From: Eledone cirrhosa | Lineage: Eukaryota | Direction: 5' to 3' | Length of the DNA: 64,000 nucleotides | NCBI GenBank assembly: GCA_964016885.1 | Contig: OZ024744.1 | Location: 125,240,001 to 125,304,000 of the forward strand | Part shown: positions 39,761 through 51,545 of the stretch, one piece after another | How positions within the stretch are numbered: the first letter of the stretch is position 1 | Layout of the letters: every line of letters begins with the position of its first letter | The notes under the pieces: model-generated | What the model was told of the DNA's origin: nothing | The model's database searches: none | Seen by the model: the letters and a program-made list of their open reading frames with translations, nothing else | Made by a program: the position numbers and the translations under genes

Positions 39761-40059
39761 GATCTTATTTATGTTTATTTACGTTTAGCGTAATCGATTT
39801 GTTTTCGATTTGTTTCCATATCACCACGCGTTTTATTTCATAGTCATAGTTATCAAGTTAGAAAACAAATGAAGTTCAGGGGGCCGACACTACCGACTTT
39901 CTTAAAGAAAAACAATTTAACGCGGGTAACTACAAGATAACCTTGATTTGTAATACTGGCAGACATTGAAATATTTAAAATTCTCTATAATTTCCTTTTT
40001 ATCAGGTCCCAAGCAGTAACACTTCGAATATTTCAATAAATATTAACCAGTTACTCCCG

Positions 40060-40486
40060 TTTTCGTTCTTTCTTTAATGTGCACTCTTTCTTTCTTTAAT
40101 GTGCATTCTTTCTTTCCTCTACACTGCATCTGACCTCTCTTATACCTAGTTTCTCTCTCAGTTTATTAATGCTTGTTGTTCATGCACACTATTACACATC
40201 TATCAGATCCTGTAAACTTCATTTCTTTCCAGTCTTTATAGGTCCTCTGAATATATTGCCCTGGTCTCACTTCAATGTAACATTGCTGTTTGTACACAGA
40301 CTTCATACAATCTGCCTTTCACTTTCAGGGGAAATCATTTTGTAGGCATCAGTAGTAGTAGCTCCCTAAACTGTTTCCATCCCATTCTCACTCAGGCTAC
40401 TGTACCTTCAGAACACCCACCTCCACTGTTAATTTGGTTAATTAAGTTAACAGAAATTATGAACCGGTTTCTACAGAGCCTTCTGG
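40060..40486 (-). mobile_element. Decayed RTE LINE 3' fragment
   Basis: The minus strand reads RVRMGWKQFRELLLL...LKVKGRLYEVCVQTAML. Confidence 0.65.
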
Positions 40487-42760
40487 ACATTTAACCCTTT
40501 AGCATTTAAACCAGCCATACCTAGCCAGAATACTCTCACATCTTTCTGTTCAAACCAGCCATAACTGGCCACTCATACTGACGTTAAGGTATTGTTCTCA
40601 ATATAAATAATATCAAAATCTCATAGATTCGATATTATATGAGATAATTATGTAAGATAAAGCCTTTACCACAAAAATACAATAGTATATATAGAGTAAT
40701 AAAAATGCTAAAGGGTAAAAGTAGCTTATTATTTTGTGAGCTCTTGCTACTTATTGCTCTTGTGCATCAAGAACATACACAGCTTACATTTTGTTGCTAA
40801 TCTCACTGAGATCCAACTACATCTCTTGTTTATCCATAGTTTGGAATTTCTACCTACTCCTTTCCTTTAGAATGATCAAGGCCATTTTCTTGTGGGGATC
40901 TAGGCCCTGTTTTCCTTTCTATTTTGCCAAGTTATCTTACATCACTTTCATTCTAGACCATGCTTCCAGGTTTGGAATTTCTCCTCTAATTTTACCACAG
41001 ATTAAGTGACAAGGGTTCAATCATGTGCATACAGGAGTTCCCATGGACAGCCAGTAATATGTAATAGCCTGCAGGATGATAATAAACAGAAGAGGGTTAA
41101 TTACAGAGCCCTGATAGAGGGTTAATAACAGAGCCCTGATAGACTTGTTCACTCAACTCCTCACTATAGCCATCATTACTTTTAACCTTACTGACTGCTC
41201 CTCCATACATGGCTTTTACTGCTCTCACAAGCCACTCATATACCCCTAGTTTTCTAAGTTATACACCAGATTAGGGAAGGGGGAAGTCTCACAGAAGCTC
41301 TCTCTGGGTCAACAAATGCCAAGTAGAGGGGCTTATTTTAGCTAGGTACTACTCTTGCAGTTGCCACACAAGGAAGAGGACATCAGTGGTACTTTTACCT
41401 GGCACAAATCCAAACTTCATCTCATCTAGGTTAACTTGGTCCCTAATCAGCTGTGTTATAAATCTAACACCTTCATGAAGTGGTCCATCTAATATCTCTA
41501 TAGTTTTCTAGCTCTAGTACATCTCCTTTGCCCTTGTAGCAGTTGATGATGATGATACTACACCATTTATTTGGTATGACACCATTTTGTATTACATGCT
41601 GTACGATACCAGTGGTTAAGATGTGACCCACCATCCCAGATACTTTCAGTATCTCAGCAACTATCACCAATGGACAAGATACTTTCTCTGTCTTCATATC
41701 CTTAATTACCTTACTTCATATCCTTAATTACCTTACTGCTTACTTGTATGGCTGGACCCTCTGTTGGGCCCACTTTCCGTAGACTATCTTCCTCCCATGC
41801 ATTCTCCTCATTCAGTAATCTTTCATAAAGGCATTTCCATGTTACAAAGGTTGGCTGAAAAGTTCATAGACTATCAATGATAGCATGATGCTAGAGCTGT
41901 GAAATCTTGCCTGCATTAATTTCAACTCTTCTTATTAATAACTGCATTGTTTCCTTCCAGGGACTATGTTGAAAAATAAACCTTATTTGGTCATTCCATG
42001 AGTGTATCTTGGTCTGCCTATGAACTTTTCAGCTGACCCTATTCAGCATCAGTGAGCCCAAATGCCCCATTATCATCCTGGACACACTTTACCCCAACAT
42101 CACAATTTGCCCTCACACACTGCCTCACAATCCTGAACATCTCATGTATTTCATCCTCACATCATAAAACCAACTGAAATTATATATTCTCTGCTTCCCT
42201 CCTTGCAAAGAATACTTCTTGCCTAGCTTCCTGTAGTGTACCCTCCAGCTGCCTCCATTCTGCCATTATTCCATGCCTGTCTCTTGGCCTTAACTGTCTC
42301 ATCTACCCTAGTGTTTCACCACCAAGATACTCTCCTCTCTGAAGCCCTGCTCCAGCCACAGATCTAGTTTGACACCTTCAGCAAAGGTTCTTTAAGGAAC
42401 TCCCACTGTTCCCCTATATTGTATGTTTCTATTTGTTCTTCCTTACTGTTGTAAAGATCAAACAAAATATCTCTAAATTTGGAACTGGCTGAGGGGTCCT
42501 TTAACTTCCATATCCTTCTCCTCCAAGTTGCCCTCAGTCTTCAAGTTCATCTAAGTCTATGAAATCACTAACTACTGGGTTATGTTGGGAGGTGCATTCT
42601 TCCCCAGGGGGTGGGGATTGTGTGTTTACAAATGTCAATATCTCATCTTCTGGTGAGGATAAAAATCTGACTGGCATGCTCCTCTGACCAATAGGTGTTG
42701 AAGTGGTTGTCGGGTAAACGTTAAGACCCTCTGATATACATATATATATATATACTAGCA
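40487..42760. repeat. 2.27-kb dispersed duplication, copy 2 (MITEs at 40495-40715 and 41843-42041, RTE fragment)
   Basis: Near-identical to 36419-38692. Confidence 0.95.
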
Positions 42761-42799
42761 TGGTACCCATGCTTTCCAGCATAGAGTTACGTCTCTTTA

Positions 42800-42910
42800 T
42801 GGTCTGAGTTCAAATCACGCCGAGGTTAACTTTGCCTTTCATCCTTACGGGGTCGATAAAATAAAGCACCAGTAATGTACTGGGGTCGATTTAATCGACT
42901 TTCCCCTCCT
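42800..42910 (+). mobile_element. tRNA-derived SINE (5'-truncated)
   Basis: GAGTTCAAATC B-box-like motif, AACTTTGCCTTTCATCC, GGGGTCGATAAAATAA and TACTGGGGTCGATTTAATCGAC. Confidence 0.75.
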
Positions 42911-42951
42911 CTGCCAAATGACACACACATGCATGGTTCGGGGGAACCTAC

Positions 42952-42987
<36 letters not shown>

Positions 42988-43866
42988 GTAGGTCACTGGT
43001 TGAGTCGGTATTAACCACAGTAACTAAGGTACTCAATACATATTAGATATAGGTGTCTTTCTAATTGCTGGCCTTGTTCATAAGGTATACACAAGTATGA
43101 TGTGTGTCTGTTTAACTGTACGTGTGAAAACATCGCGAAATTGCGCCTTTTAATATTTGAATATAAACAGTTAAAAAATAATTATTTTAGTAATTTTTAA
43201 ATATCGATAATGTGTATATAAATATTAGAAATCAATTTAATTAGTTCAGTAACATTACTCGGAGTTAAGATAAACCTTCATTTGAAGAAATTCGAGATTT
43301 GACCAAATAAATAGATTATGTGATCAATAAAAAAAATATGTATACGCGCTTGAACGACGGGTTGCAGACAGTCAGGCATACAGACACATATTTTAAAGCG
43401 TGCGACGTTAAAAGTCTTACTCTCTCTCTTTTTAGATAGATAGACTTAATTAAAGCAGTTTCACTCTCTCTATATTTCATCAGCTCTCTCTCTCTTAAAT
43501 TGAAAGATTCATTAAGGCTGAAATAATCTAAACAGTAACATCATTTTTCGCCAGCTCTAGCTTGCGTCCAGAGATATACACACACATATATATATATTTT
43601 TTTTGTTATCGAGTTGAGCTTTGCCAAGCATAGAATTCCAAATTTGACCATCTCCACTGAAAATGTTCGTGAAATAGTCTTTAAGAAGCAATTTAATTTT
43701 TTCCAACTGAAACTGTAAGTATTTTAAAATTTATTTCAACATGGTCTTAAAAGATTGTTGGCTTTTTTTAAATTCATAACTATTTACTATGAAATATAAA
43801 TTATTAAATCCAATTTATTTGATAACCATGATTTGATTTTATAATTACCTGAATCACGTTAACATG

Positions 43867-43909
<43 letters not shown>

Positions 43910-44162
43910 GTGTGTGTATATATATATATATATAATAATTGTTTCTACGTTACGCAGTGTATTACTGGTACTGTATTTTACGATATTAAATATTAAATAT
44001 TAACTATTAGATATTAAATATTAAATATTAGATATTAGATATTAAATATTAAATATGATATCCCTGAAATATATATAATGAAATAAATATGGTTTTATAA
44101 ATGTAATTTCCATTTGTTTAATATCAAATATATATATATATATATATATGTATTTATGTATA

Positions 44163-44225
<63 letters not shown>

Positions 44226-44283
44226 GAGGCAGACACAGACACAGAATATCGTATATATCACACACACACAATTAAGACTTGAC

Positions 44284-44380
44284 GTGTTGCAGACAGCCAG
44301 ACATACAGAGAGATATTTTAAAGCGTGCGACCTTAAATGCCTTACTCTTTCTCTTATCAAAAGAGAAAGAGTAATGCTAA
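44284..44380 (+). mobile_element. Helentron/DINE-like element end with stem-loop
   Basis: GTTGCAGACAG.CAG.CATACAGA..TTTTAAAGCGTGCGAC (also at 43361-43430) followed by the hairpin TTACTCTTTCTCTT-ATCAA-AAGAGAAAGAGTAA. Confidence 0.4.
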
Positions 44381-44454
44381 CACTTACGTCTACTTCACGC
44401 TCTCTTGAACCGTTACAGAAATTGCATCACATCTAATTATAACTTTGTACGTTT

Positions 44455-44455
44455 G

Positions 44456-44489
<34 letters not shown>

Positions 44490-44492
44490 TAC

Positions 44493-44588
<96 letters not shown>

Positions 44589-44621
44589 GTGTGTGTGTGT
44601 ATATATATACACACACACGTG

Positions 44622-44683
<62 letters not shown>

Positions 44684-44734
44684 AATACACACACACGTGT
44701 GTGTGTATATATATATATATATACACACACACAC

Positions 44735-44819
<85 letters not shown>

Positions 44820-44909
44820 CACACACACGTGTGTGTGTATATATATATATACACACACACACGTGTGTGTGTATATATTTATATATATATATATACACAC
44901 GTGTGTGTG

Positions 44910-44954
<45 letters not shown>

Positions 44955-44958
44955 GTGA

Positions 44959-44989
<31 letters not shown>

Positions 44990-45086
44990 CACGTGTGTGT
45001 GTGTATATATATATATATACACACACACGTGTGTATATATATATATATACATATATATATATACACACACACGTGTGTGTGTATAT
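44455..45086. repeat. Palindromic compound microsatellite (TA)n(CA)nCG(TG)n
   Basis: Repeated TATATACACACACGTGTGTGTATATA units. Confidence 0.95.
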
Positions 45087-48000
45087 AATAATAATAATAA
45101 TAATGAAATGATTGTGTACAGTGCTCAGGTGCACTACAACTCATCAAAGGTGCATGTATAGTACATAGAATAATGTACAAACATCAGTAAAATGAACAGT
45201 GCACACATGTGTGCATGTGTATGGAAGGGGCACATCAGGTGTAGTTTTGGCGTATTTCGGGAAGCATGAGTGTCTTAAAGGATGCAGTGTCTCGGCAGCT
45301 AACAATTGACGCAGGCAGTTTGTTCCATGTTTCAGCAACTCTGAGCGTGAAAAAATGTCTGCGAAAGTCATGGGAGCTGTGCTGTTTTCTTATCTTGTAG
45401 GCATGTCCACGTGTGTTAGACACATGGAGATCAAAGAGGCGCTCAGGGTTGCAGTTGGCGAGATGGTTAAAAACTTTGTGGGTATTCACCAAGTCCACTG
45501 CCAGATGTCGGAGCTTCAATGAATCCATGCCCAGGGAAGCAAGGCGTTCAGAGTATGGTAGGTGTCTGATGGAGGGTATGCGCTTGGTTGCACGTCTCTG
45601 AACAGCTTCCAGGAGGTCAATGTTCCGAGCAAGATAGGGGTTCCAGACTGATGATGCGAATTCCAAGTGTGGTCGCACCATAGCTGTATACAGTTTTAAA
45701 TAGATGGCTGGAGAGCGGCTAACAAAGGTCTTGCTGAGTGATGCCAAGACACCCTCGGCCTTCTTGACAATCTTAGAGACATGCTTTGTCCAACGCAAAT
45801 CGTTGCCGACAGTAATGCCCAGGTCACGTTCACAAGAGGACTTTTTGATGTCAGTGTTGTGGAGGGAGTATGTGGACGCTGGATTTTTCCTTCCAAAATG
45901 CATGGTGGTACACTTGTCCACAGCCAGCTTCAGTTGCCAGTCTGTGATCCATTGCTGCATTGTGTCCAGGTCTGATTTTAGGAAAGAGTTGTAAATTTCA
46001 GGATCAGTCCTTTTGATTTCAAGGTACAGCTTGATGTCATCTGCATATTTTAGTACCGTGGCATTCTGTAAGTTGGCATCTATGTCATTAATATATGCCA
46101 CAAACAAAAGAGGACCAAGAACAGATCCCTGTGGTACACCAGATGACATCTCATATGGTGAAGAATGCTGTCCTAGAACCGTGACTACTTTCCTTCGGCT
46201 GAGAATGAAGGATTTCAGCCAGTCGAAAAGATCATCCCTCACACCCATTGCAGAGAGTTTTGCCATAAGTCTTTTGTGTGGCACAGAATTAAAAGCCTTA
46301 GCAAAGTCAAGGTAAACAACATCCACCCATGAGCCGCTGTCAGTGATCCGGGTGATGTCCTCAAGGAACTCGATAAGCTGATCACAGCAGCTGGAGTTAG
46401 GGATAAATCCAAACTGTGAGGGCCGGATGAGGCTGTGAGAGCTCCAGAAGTTCCAAAGTGTTTCTCTGACACAGGATTCCATCAGTTTGGCCATACAGCT
46501 AGTAAGACTGACTGGACGATAGTTGACAGGTGACATGCGGTTGCCCTTTTTGAACAGGGGAATGACACTGGCAGTTTTCCACTGCTCCGGAGTAGCACCA
46601 TTGCTGAGACAGTATTGAAAGAAAAAAGAAAGCTGGCGCAAAAGGAAATCCCCGCCACGTTTGAGAAGCAGGTATGTCACACCATCAAGACCAGGGGAGG
46701 CATAGTTGCGCTTATTCTTAAGGTGACGTCGCAACATTGCAGGTGTAAATTCCATAGTTGTTATGGAATTTGATGTTAGAGATGGTGGAGATGGTACATT
46801 CTGGTTTTCAACAGTAAAAATACTTGCATAGCACTCAGCAATGAGTTCTGCGCATTCCTTGGGATCGTCAGTGATCTGGCTTGTGTGGGGATTGCGAAGA
46901 GGACCAACTGGAGAGTGAGGTCTCTGCTTTGAATGAACATATTTCCAGAACACCTTACTGTCAGGATTGGTTGCGATGCACTGTTCAAATTCAAGCACTG
47001 CCTTCTTTGTCACTTGCTTGAGATGGTTAGAAGATTTATTCCGCTTTTTTCTGTTGGCATCTGATCTATGCAGTTTATATTCCCGTTCAGCGTTCCGACG
47101 TTCTTTCCTGGCAAGTCGGACTGCTGAAGTTTCCCAGATTGCACTTTTGGGGTGGTTATTTTTCCGCTTCCGTGGCACTGATGCTGCACACGCTATCCAT
47201 ATTGAGTCCAGGATGCTCTGGAGTATAGAGTTCACATCTCCAGAGTTATACATCTCATGCCAGTTTGGGCGCTGTAGCTCAGTGCAGTACAAGTTCCAAT
47301 CCGCCCTCTTCCAATCAAAGCAAGCAGATTGGAGATGGCTCTGGTTTTTGTTGCTGCCCTCAAGTGCCAGATTGGCAATGATCATAGCATGATCAGAGTC
47401 GCCTAGAGGTTCCTCAGTAGTACAACTGATAACCACTTCAGGAGTAGTGGTGAAGATCAGGTCCAAAGTGTTGTCACCTCTTGTTGGAGAGGTGACTACT
47501 TGTGACCAGTTTGAGTCCAGCACTAGTTCAAGGAAATCGTTTGCACCCTGTGGCCAACGAAAGGTTTCCCAATCGATCTCAGGATGATTGAAGTCACCTG
47601 CAATAAACACATAAGTGGCTGTTTTCTTGGCAGCAACTCTGAGGATATCGCAAAGCTGTGTGTCCTGATGGTAGTTTGGGGGGCGATAAACAACACCAAG
47701 CAGAAGTGTTGACATGGTCATACGTATGTCACAGAAAAAAACTTCTTCCTGTGATTCGTTCAAATCAACGCAAGGAATTACCGAAAAGTTTGAACGAACG
47801 TAGACCATCACACCACCACCACGGCGGTTAATGCGGTCCTTGCGGAAAAGGTTGTACCCAGTAATGGTGAAAACCCCATCACAGAGTAAGGAATGTGCCC
47901 ATGTTTCCGTGACTGTGATGAAGTCAGGGTCGATGCTTCTGACGTAGGATTCGAACAGATGTATCTTGTTGCATAAACTGCGAGCATTTAAGGACAACAA

Positions 48001-48209
48001 TTTGTACCCTGCTCGCAGTCTATGATGGTGTGTAGAGGGTGGCAGGTTGTTCTGGTTTAGTTTCCCAGAGTTGTAGCAGTTTTTACATTGCCAGTTATTG
48101 TGGGTAGATCACACTCAGACCAGCTGGTATCTCTCTTCCACGTTTCACCCGCCTTGACAAACCTCCAGATCTGCCCATCATCACGCAGACTGAAACTTTC
48201 ATCTTGTGC
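45087..48209 (-). mobile_element. 5'-truncated CR1-clade LINE: ORF1 tail, intact ORF2, 3' UTR, (TTA)n tail
   Basis: Bounded on both sides by the TA/CA/TG microsatellite. The (AAT)n tail is at 45087-45103 and the ORF1 remnant at 48057-48209. Confidence 0.9.
45235..48000 (-). CDS. LINE ORF2: APE endonuclease plus reverse transcriptase (CR1 clade), 921 aa
   Basis: Endonuclease motifs LNARSL, VTETW, GGGV, YRPP, GDFN, TLDLIF and SDH. RT motifs YRPVSLTS, DFAKAFNSV, GVPQGSVLGP and YADD. CR1-type C-terminus TRGH..K..R..FF..RV..WN.LP. No in-frame stop. Confidence 0.95.
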   Translation of the reverse strand: MLSLNARSLCNKIHLFESYVRSIDPDFITVTETWAHSLLCDGVFTITGYNLFRKDRINRRGGGVMVYVRSNFSVIPCVDLNESQEEVFFCDIRMTMSTLLLGVVYRPPNYHQDTQLCDILRVAAKKTATYVFIAGDFNHPEIDWETFRWPQGANDFLELVLDSNWSQVVTSPTRGDNTLDLIFTTTPEVVISCTTEEPLGDSDHAMIIANLALEGSNKNQSHLQSACFDWKRADWNLYCTELQRPNWHEMYNSGDVNSILQSILDSIWIACAASVPRKRKNNHPKSAIWETSAVRLARKERRNAEREYKLHRSDANRKKRNKSSNHLKQVTKKAVLEFEQCIATNPDSKVFWKYVHSKQRPHSPVGPLRNPHTSQITDDPKECAELIAECYASIFTVENQNVPSPPSLTSNSITTMEFTPAMLRRHLKNKRNYASPGLDGVTYLLLKRGGDFLLRQLSFFFQYCLSNGATPEQWKTASVIPLFKKGNRMSPVNYRPVSLTSCMAKLMESCVRETLWNFWSSHSLIRPSQFGFIPNSSCCDQLIEFLEDITRITDSGSWVDVVYLDFAKAFNSVPHKRLMAKLSAMGVRDDLFDWLKSFILSRRKVVTVLGQHSSPYEMSSGVPQGSVLGPLLFVAYINDIDANLQNATVLKYADDIKLYLEIKRTDPEIYNSFLKSDLDTMQQWITDWQLKLAVDKCTTMHFGRKNPASTYSLHNTDIKKSSCERDLGITVGNDLRWTKHVSKIVKKAEGVLASLSKTFVSRSPAIYLKLYTAMVRPHLEFASSVWNPYLARNIDLLEAVQRRATKRIPSIRHLPYSERLASLGMDSLKLRHLAVDLVNTHKVFNHLANCNPERLFDLHVSNTRGHAYKIRKQHSSHDFRRHFFTLRVAETWNKLPASIVSCRDTASFKTLMLPEIRQNYT

Positions 48210-48274
48210 TGTATATATATATATATACACACGTGTGTGTGTATTTATGTATATATATATATATACACACACAC

Positions 48275-48316
<42 letters not shown>

Positions 48317-48433
48317 GTGTGTGTGTGTATATATATTTATATATATATACACACACGTGTGTGTGTATATATATATATATATATACACGTGTGTGTGTAT
48401 TTATATATATATATATATACACACACACGTGTG

Positions 48434-48464
<31 letters not shown>

Positions 48465-48484
48465 GTGTGTGTATATATATATAT
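48210..48484. repeat. Palindromic compound microsatellite (continuation beyond the CR1)
   Basis: Same unit as 44455-45086. Confidence 0.95.
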
Positions 48485-48850
48485 CTGTCTCTCTCCCTGT
48501 CTCTCACTCTCCCTCTATCCCCCCTCTCTCTCTCTGTCTCTCTCTCCCCCCCCTCTCTCTCTCTAGTAGTAGAGAGAGACAAAGAGAGAGAGATATAAAC
48601 GTATAACCCTAACCAAACCCTAACCCAACCCTAACCCCAACCCTAACCCTAACCTAACCCTAACCCATCTCTCTCTCTCTCTCACCCCCTCTCTCTCTCT
48701 CTAGTAGTAGAGAGAGAGACAAAGAGAGAGAGAGATATAAACGTATAACCCTAACCCAACCCTAACCTCTCTCTCTCTTCTCTCTCTCTCTCTCCCCTCT
48801 CTCTCTCTATTCCCCCCTCTCTATTTCCCCCCCCCTCTCTCTCTAGTAGT

Positions 48851-48881
<31 letters not shown>

Positions 48882-48966
48882 TATAAACGTATAACCCTAA
48901 CCCAACCCTAACCCTAACCCAACCCCAACCCTAACCCATCTCTCTCTCTCTCTCTCTCTCTCTCTT
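48485..48966. repeat. Three-unit composite repeat: (CT)n-AGTAGT-(AG)n, ATAAACGTATAA, telomere-like (CCCTAA)n
   Basis: CTAGTAGTAGAGAGAG...ATAAACGTATAACCCTAA occurs at ~48563, 48701 and 48843. Confidence 0.85.
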
Positions 48967-49114
48967 TGTTTTTAACATTGTTTTGTTTTTCTTTTCTTTT
49001 CTTATTCAGATGACAAACGGCAGAGGATACAACAGAAGAAAAGAACAAAGATAATTATTATTATTATTACTATTATTATTTGTTTTATTATAATCAAAAT
49101 ATGCTGTTAGTTAG

Positions 49115-50150
49115 ATCTGCATTGCGTACATTTTATATAATTTATGCCAGTTCCTTTTCTGCATATCGAACATGGCCATTTCCCTGACGGAATAGAGTTT
49201 TGTCCTCTTTCGTGACACAAAGTACAGCCAGCGGCATCATTGCGGACAGACTTAATCCCGAATTGCACTGACACACTGCCTCGCAATACGGAACACCGCA
49301 CGTCTTTGATCTTCTTCCCGTCGATCAGCCTCCTTGCCATGCTAAGTACACCTGACGTCTAGCTTCTCTCTTAGCGGCGGCTTTATATTCTTCTCTACTC
49401 CCACTAATTTTCCAAGCATTCCATGCTAGCCTTTAGTCTCCAATGGCCCGATCTACCGTGCTGTCCCACCACCATGTCACTCTCTGTCTGGTTGGAACTC
49501 TGATCCAGCCACAAGTTTAATCAGTAGCCTGCAATAAGTTGTCACATAAGAAAATCGAGTTCTCATGTATGTCATACGACTGTGAATCGTCTTCTTTTTC
49601 GTCATACACATATTGAAGGGCTTTCCTAAATTTCTATTTTAGTGAAATCTCTTTTAGCTTCCAGACCTTTCTTTTTTCCACATCTTCCTGTATGTCTCAA
49701 TCATACCTGGAGCTGTCCAACATGACCATTGAAATCCCCTGCTAGCATAACGATGTCTCCGTCCTGTCATTGTGGCTGTTTGTAAAAATTGCTTGTAAAT
49801 GAAGTCTTTCTTTTCTTTACCTAGCAGAAGCAATTAACACTAACCCAACTGTAACACTAACCCTAACACTAACTTATGCAGGCCTAGGTAAAGACAAGAA
49901 AGATAAAACAAGGAGTGATGCTTCTTGAATTTTGTGATGCAAGTGTTTTAACCATTTGCAAAACCAACTTCCACAAACCTGCCTCACTGCCGCCTAATAA
50001 CCTACAAATCAGGCAAGCACAGAAGCCGGATTTCTCGGTAGTTAGGCAGCGAGACAGACAGATGGGGTGTGAAGTACCAGGGTGTGCCCCGGGGAGGAAT
50101 GTTTCCCACAGCGTGGGTTGGTTGTTGGTGATGTCTCGGTTATCTTGAGA
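49115..50150. mobile_element. Mosaic of decayed RTE fragments on both strands
   Basis: Minus strand gives SGKWPCSICRKG and TWWWDSTVD. Plus strand gives LLEFCDA..LTICKTNFHKP. Confidence 0.7.
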
Positions 50151-50518
50151 CGGAGTGAGACGTGCAGGAATACTCTCACGGAATCGCCAAATGAGGTTTA
50201 TTTTTCAACATAGTCCCTGGAATGAAACAATGTGGTTATTAAGAAGAATTGAAATTAATGTAAGATTTCACAGATCTATGATCAATCCTTCACAGTCAGC
50301 TTACAAAGTTTTCAGCCAAACCTTGTGTATTTCCAACATTTCAAACCCTATCTAGGACTACATTATCTAATGTACAGTACAGTAGTTAGTATTAGTGGCT
50401 ATCAGACATAGTGTATCTAAATGCAACATTTTTAACATTGTTTTTTTTTTCTTTTCTTTTCTTTTCTTATTCAGATGACAGACGGCAGAGGATACAATAG
50501 AAGAAAAGAACAATGATA

Positions 50519-50939
50519 ATTATTATTATTATTATTGTTGTTATTCCTTGAATCTCAGTCATTGATGTTGGTTAACTGGAAAGTCCGTTGGAATGAATAT
50601 CAAGCCACTACCTGCAGCCTCAGATATTCAGGACGTATCGGAGGGTTCTTGCTGTTTCAAGCAAGCATGCCTTTTGAAGCGTTCCAAAAAGCGTGAAGGG
50701 GCCGATTTTCTTTAACCATCCCTGGAAACTTTTGGAGATGGACAAAAAACTGGAACACAATAGACCTGACCTGGTGGTTGTGGACAAAGAAAAAAGATCG
50801 TGTCTGATTGTGGATGTGGCCTGCCCGTTCAACACGAGAGTGCAAGAGAAGGAGAGGGAGAAAATTAACCGATACCAGGACCTAAAGTGGGAGGTGAAAA
50901 GGATTTGGAACTTCCATGAAGTCAAAGTGATCCCGATTG

Positions 50940-50980
<41 letters not shown>

Positions 50981-50986
50981 TATTAT
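50519..50986 (-). mobile_element. R4/Dong-clade retrotransposon 3' end with a 5' inversion, inserted in (TTA)n
   Basis: Plus strand 50736-50938 encodes HNRPDLVVVDK..CLIVDVACP..EKEREKINRYQDL..KVIPI (RLE). Minus strand 50735-50620 encodes SKSFQGWL..LQKACLLETARTLRYVLNI*, followed by a 3' UTR and (TAA)n tail. Confidence 0.85.
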
Positions 50987-51384
50987 TTGTTTTATTATAA
51001 TCAAAATATGCTGTTAGTTAGATCTGCATTGTGTACATTTTATATAATTTATGCCAGTTCCTTTTCTACATATCGAACATGGCCATTTCCCTGACGGAAT
51101 AGAGTTTTGTCCTCTTTTCTACTCATCAACACTCATTCGTGACACAAAGTACAGCCAGCGGCATCATTGCGGACAGACTTAATCCTGATTTGCACTGACA
51201 CACTGCCTCGCAATACGGAACACCGCACGTCTTTGATCTTCTTCCCGTCGATCAGCCTCCTTGCCATGCAAAGTACACCTGACGTCTAGCTTCTCTCTTA
51301 GCGGCGGCGGCTGTATATTCTTCTCTACTCCCACTAATTTTCCAAGCATTCCATGCTAGTCTTTAGTCTCCAATGGCCCGATCT

Positions 51385-51545
51385 ACAGTTTCTGTCTCAA
51401 CTCGTCTATGCTTGGTCGTTCCCGCACATTGACATTGCACATCCAACGGAGCATGCTTGCTTCATTTCTCTCCAGCCGTCGCATGTCCTCTGCAGTTGCT
51501 GCCCGTGTCTCACTACCATGCAGCATCGCGCATCTAAACCTGGCC
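51385..51545 (-). mobile_element. RTE LINE 3' fragment
   Basis: AMLHGSET..DMRRLERNEASMLRWMCNV..ELRQKL. Confidence 0.75.

Noticed and set aside
42800-42910. tRNA gene
   Set aside because: Only a B-box-like motif inside a repeated SINE core, with no cloverleaf.
50693-51094. Standalone 133-aa nuclease gene or an rDNA-specific R2 element
   Set aside because: It is the inverted fragment of a Dong/R4 element reading into (TTA)n, and it is not inserted in 28S sequence.
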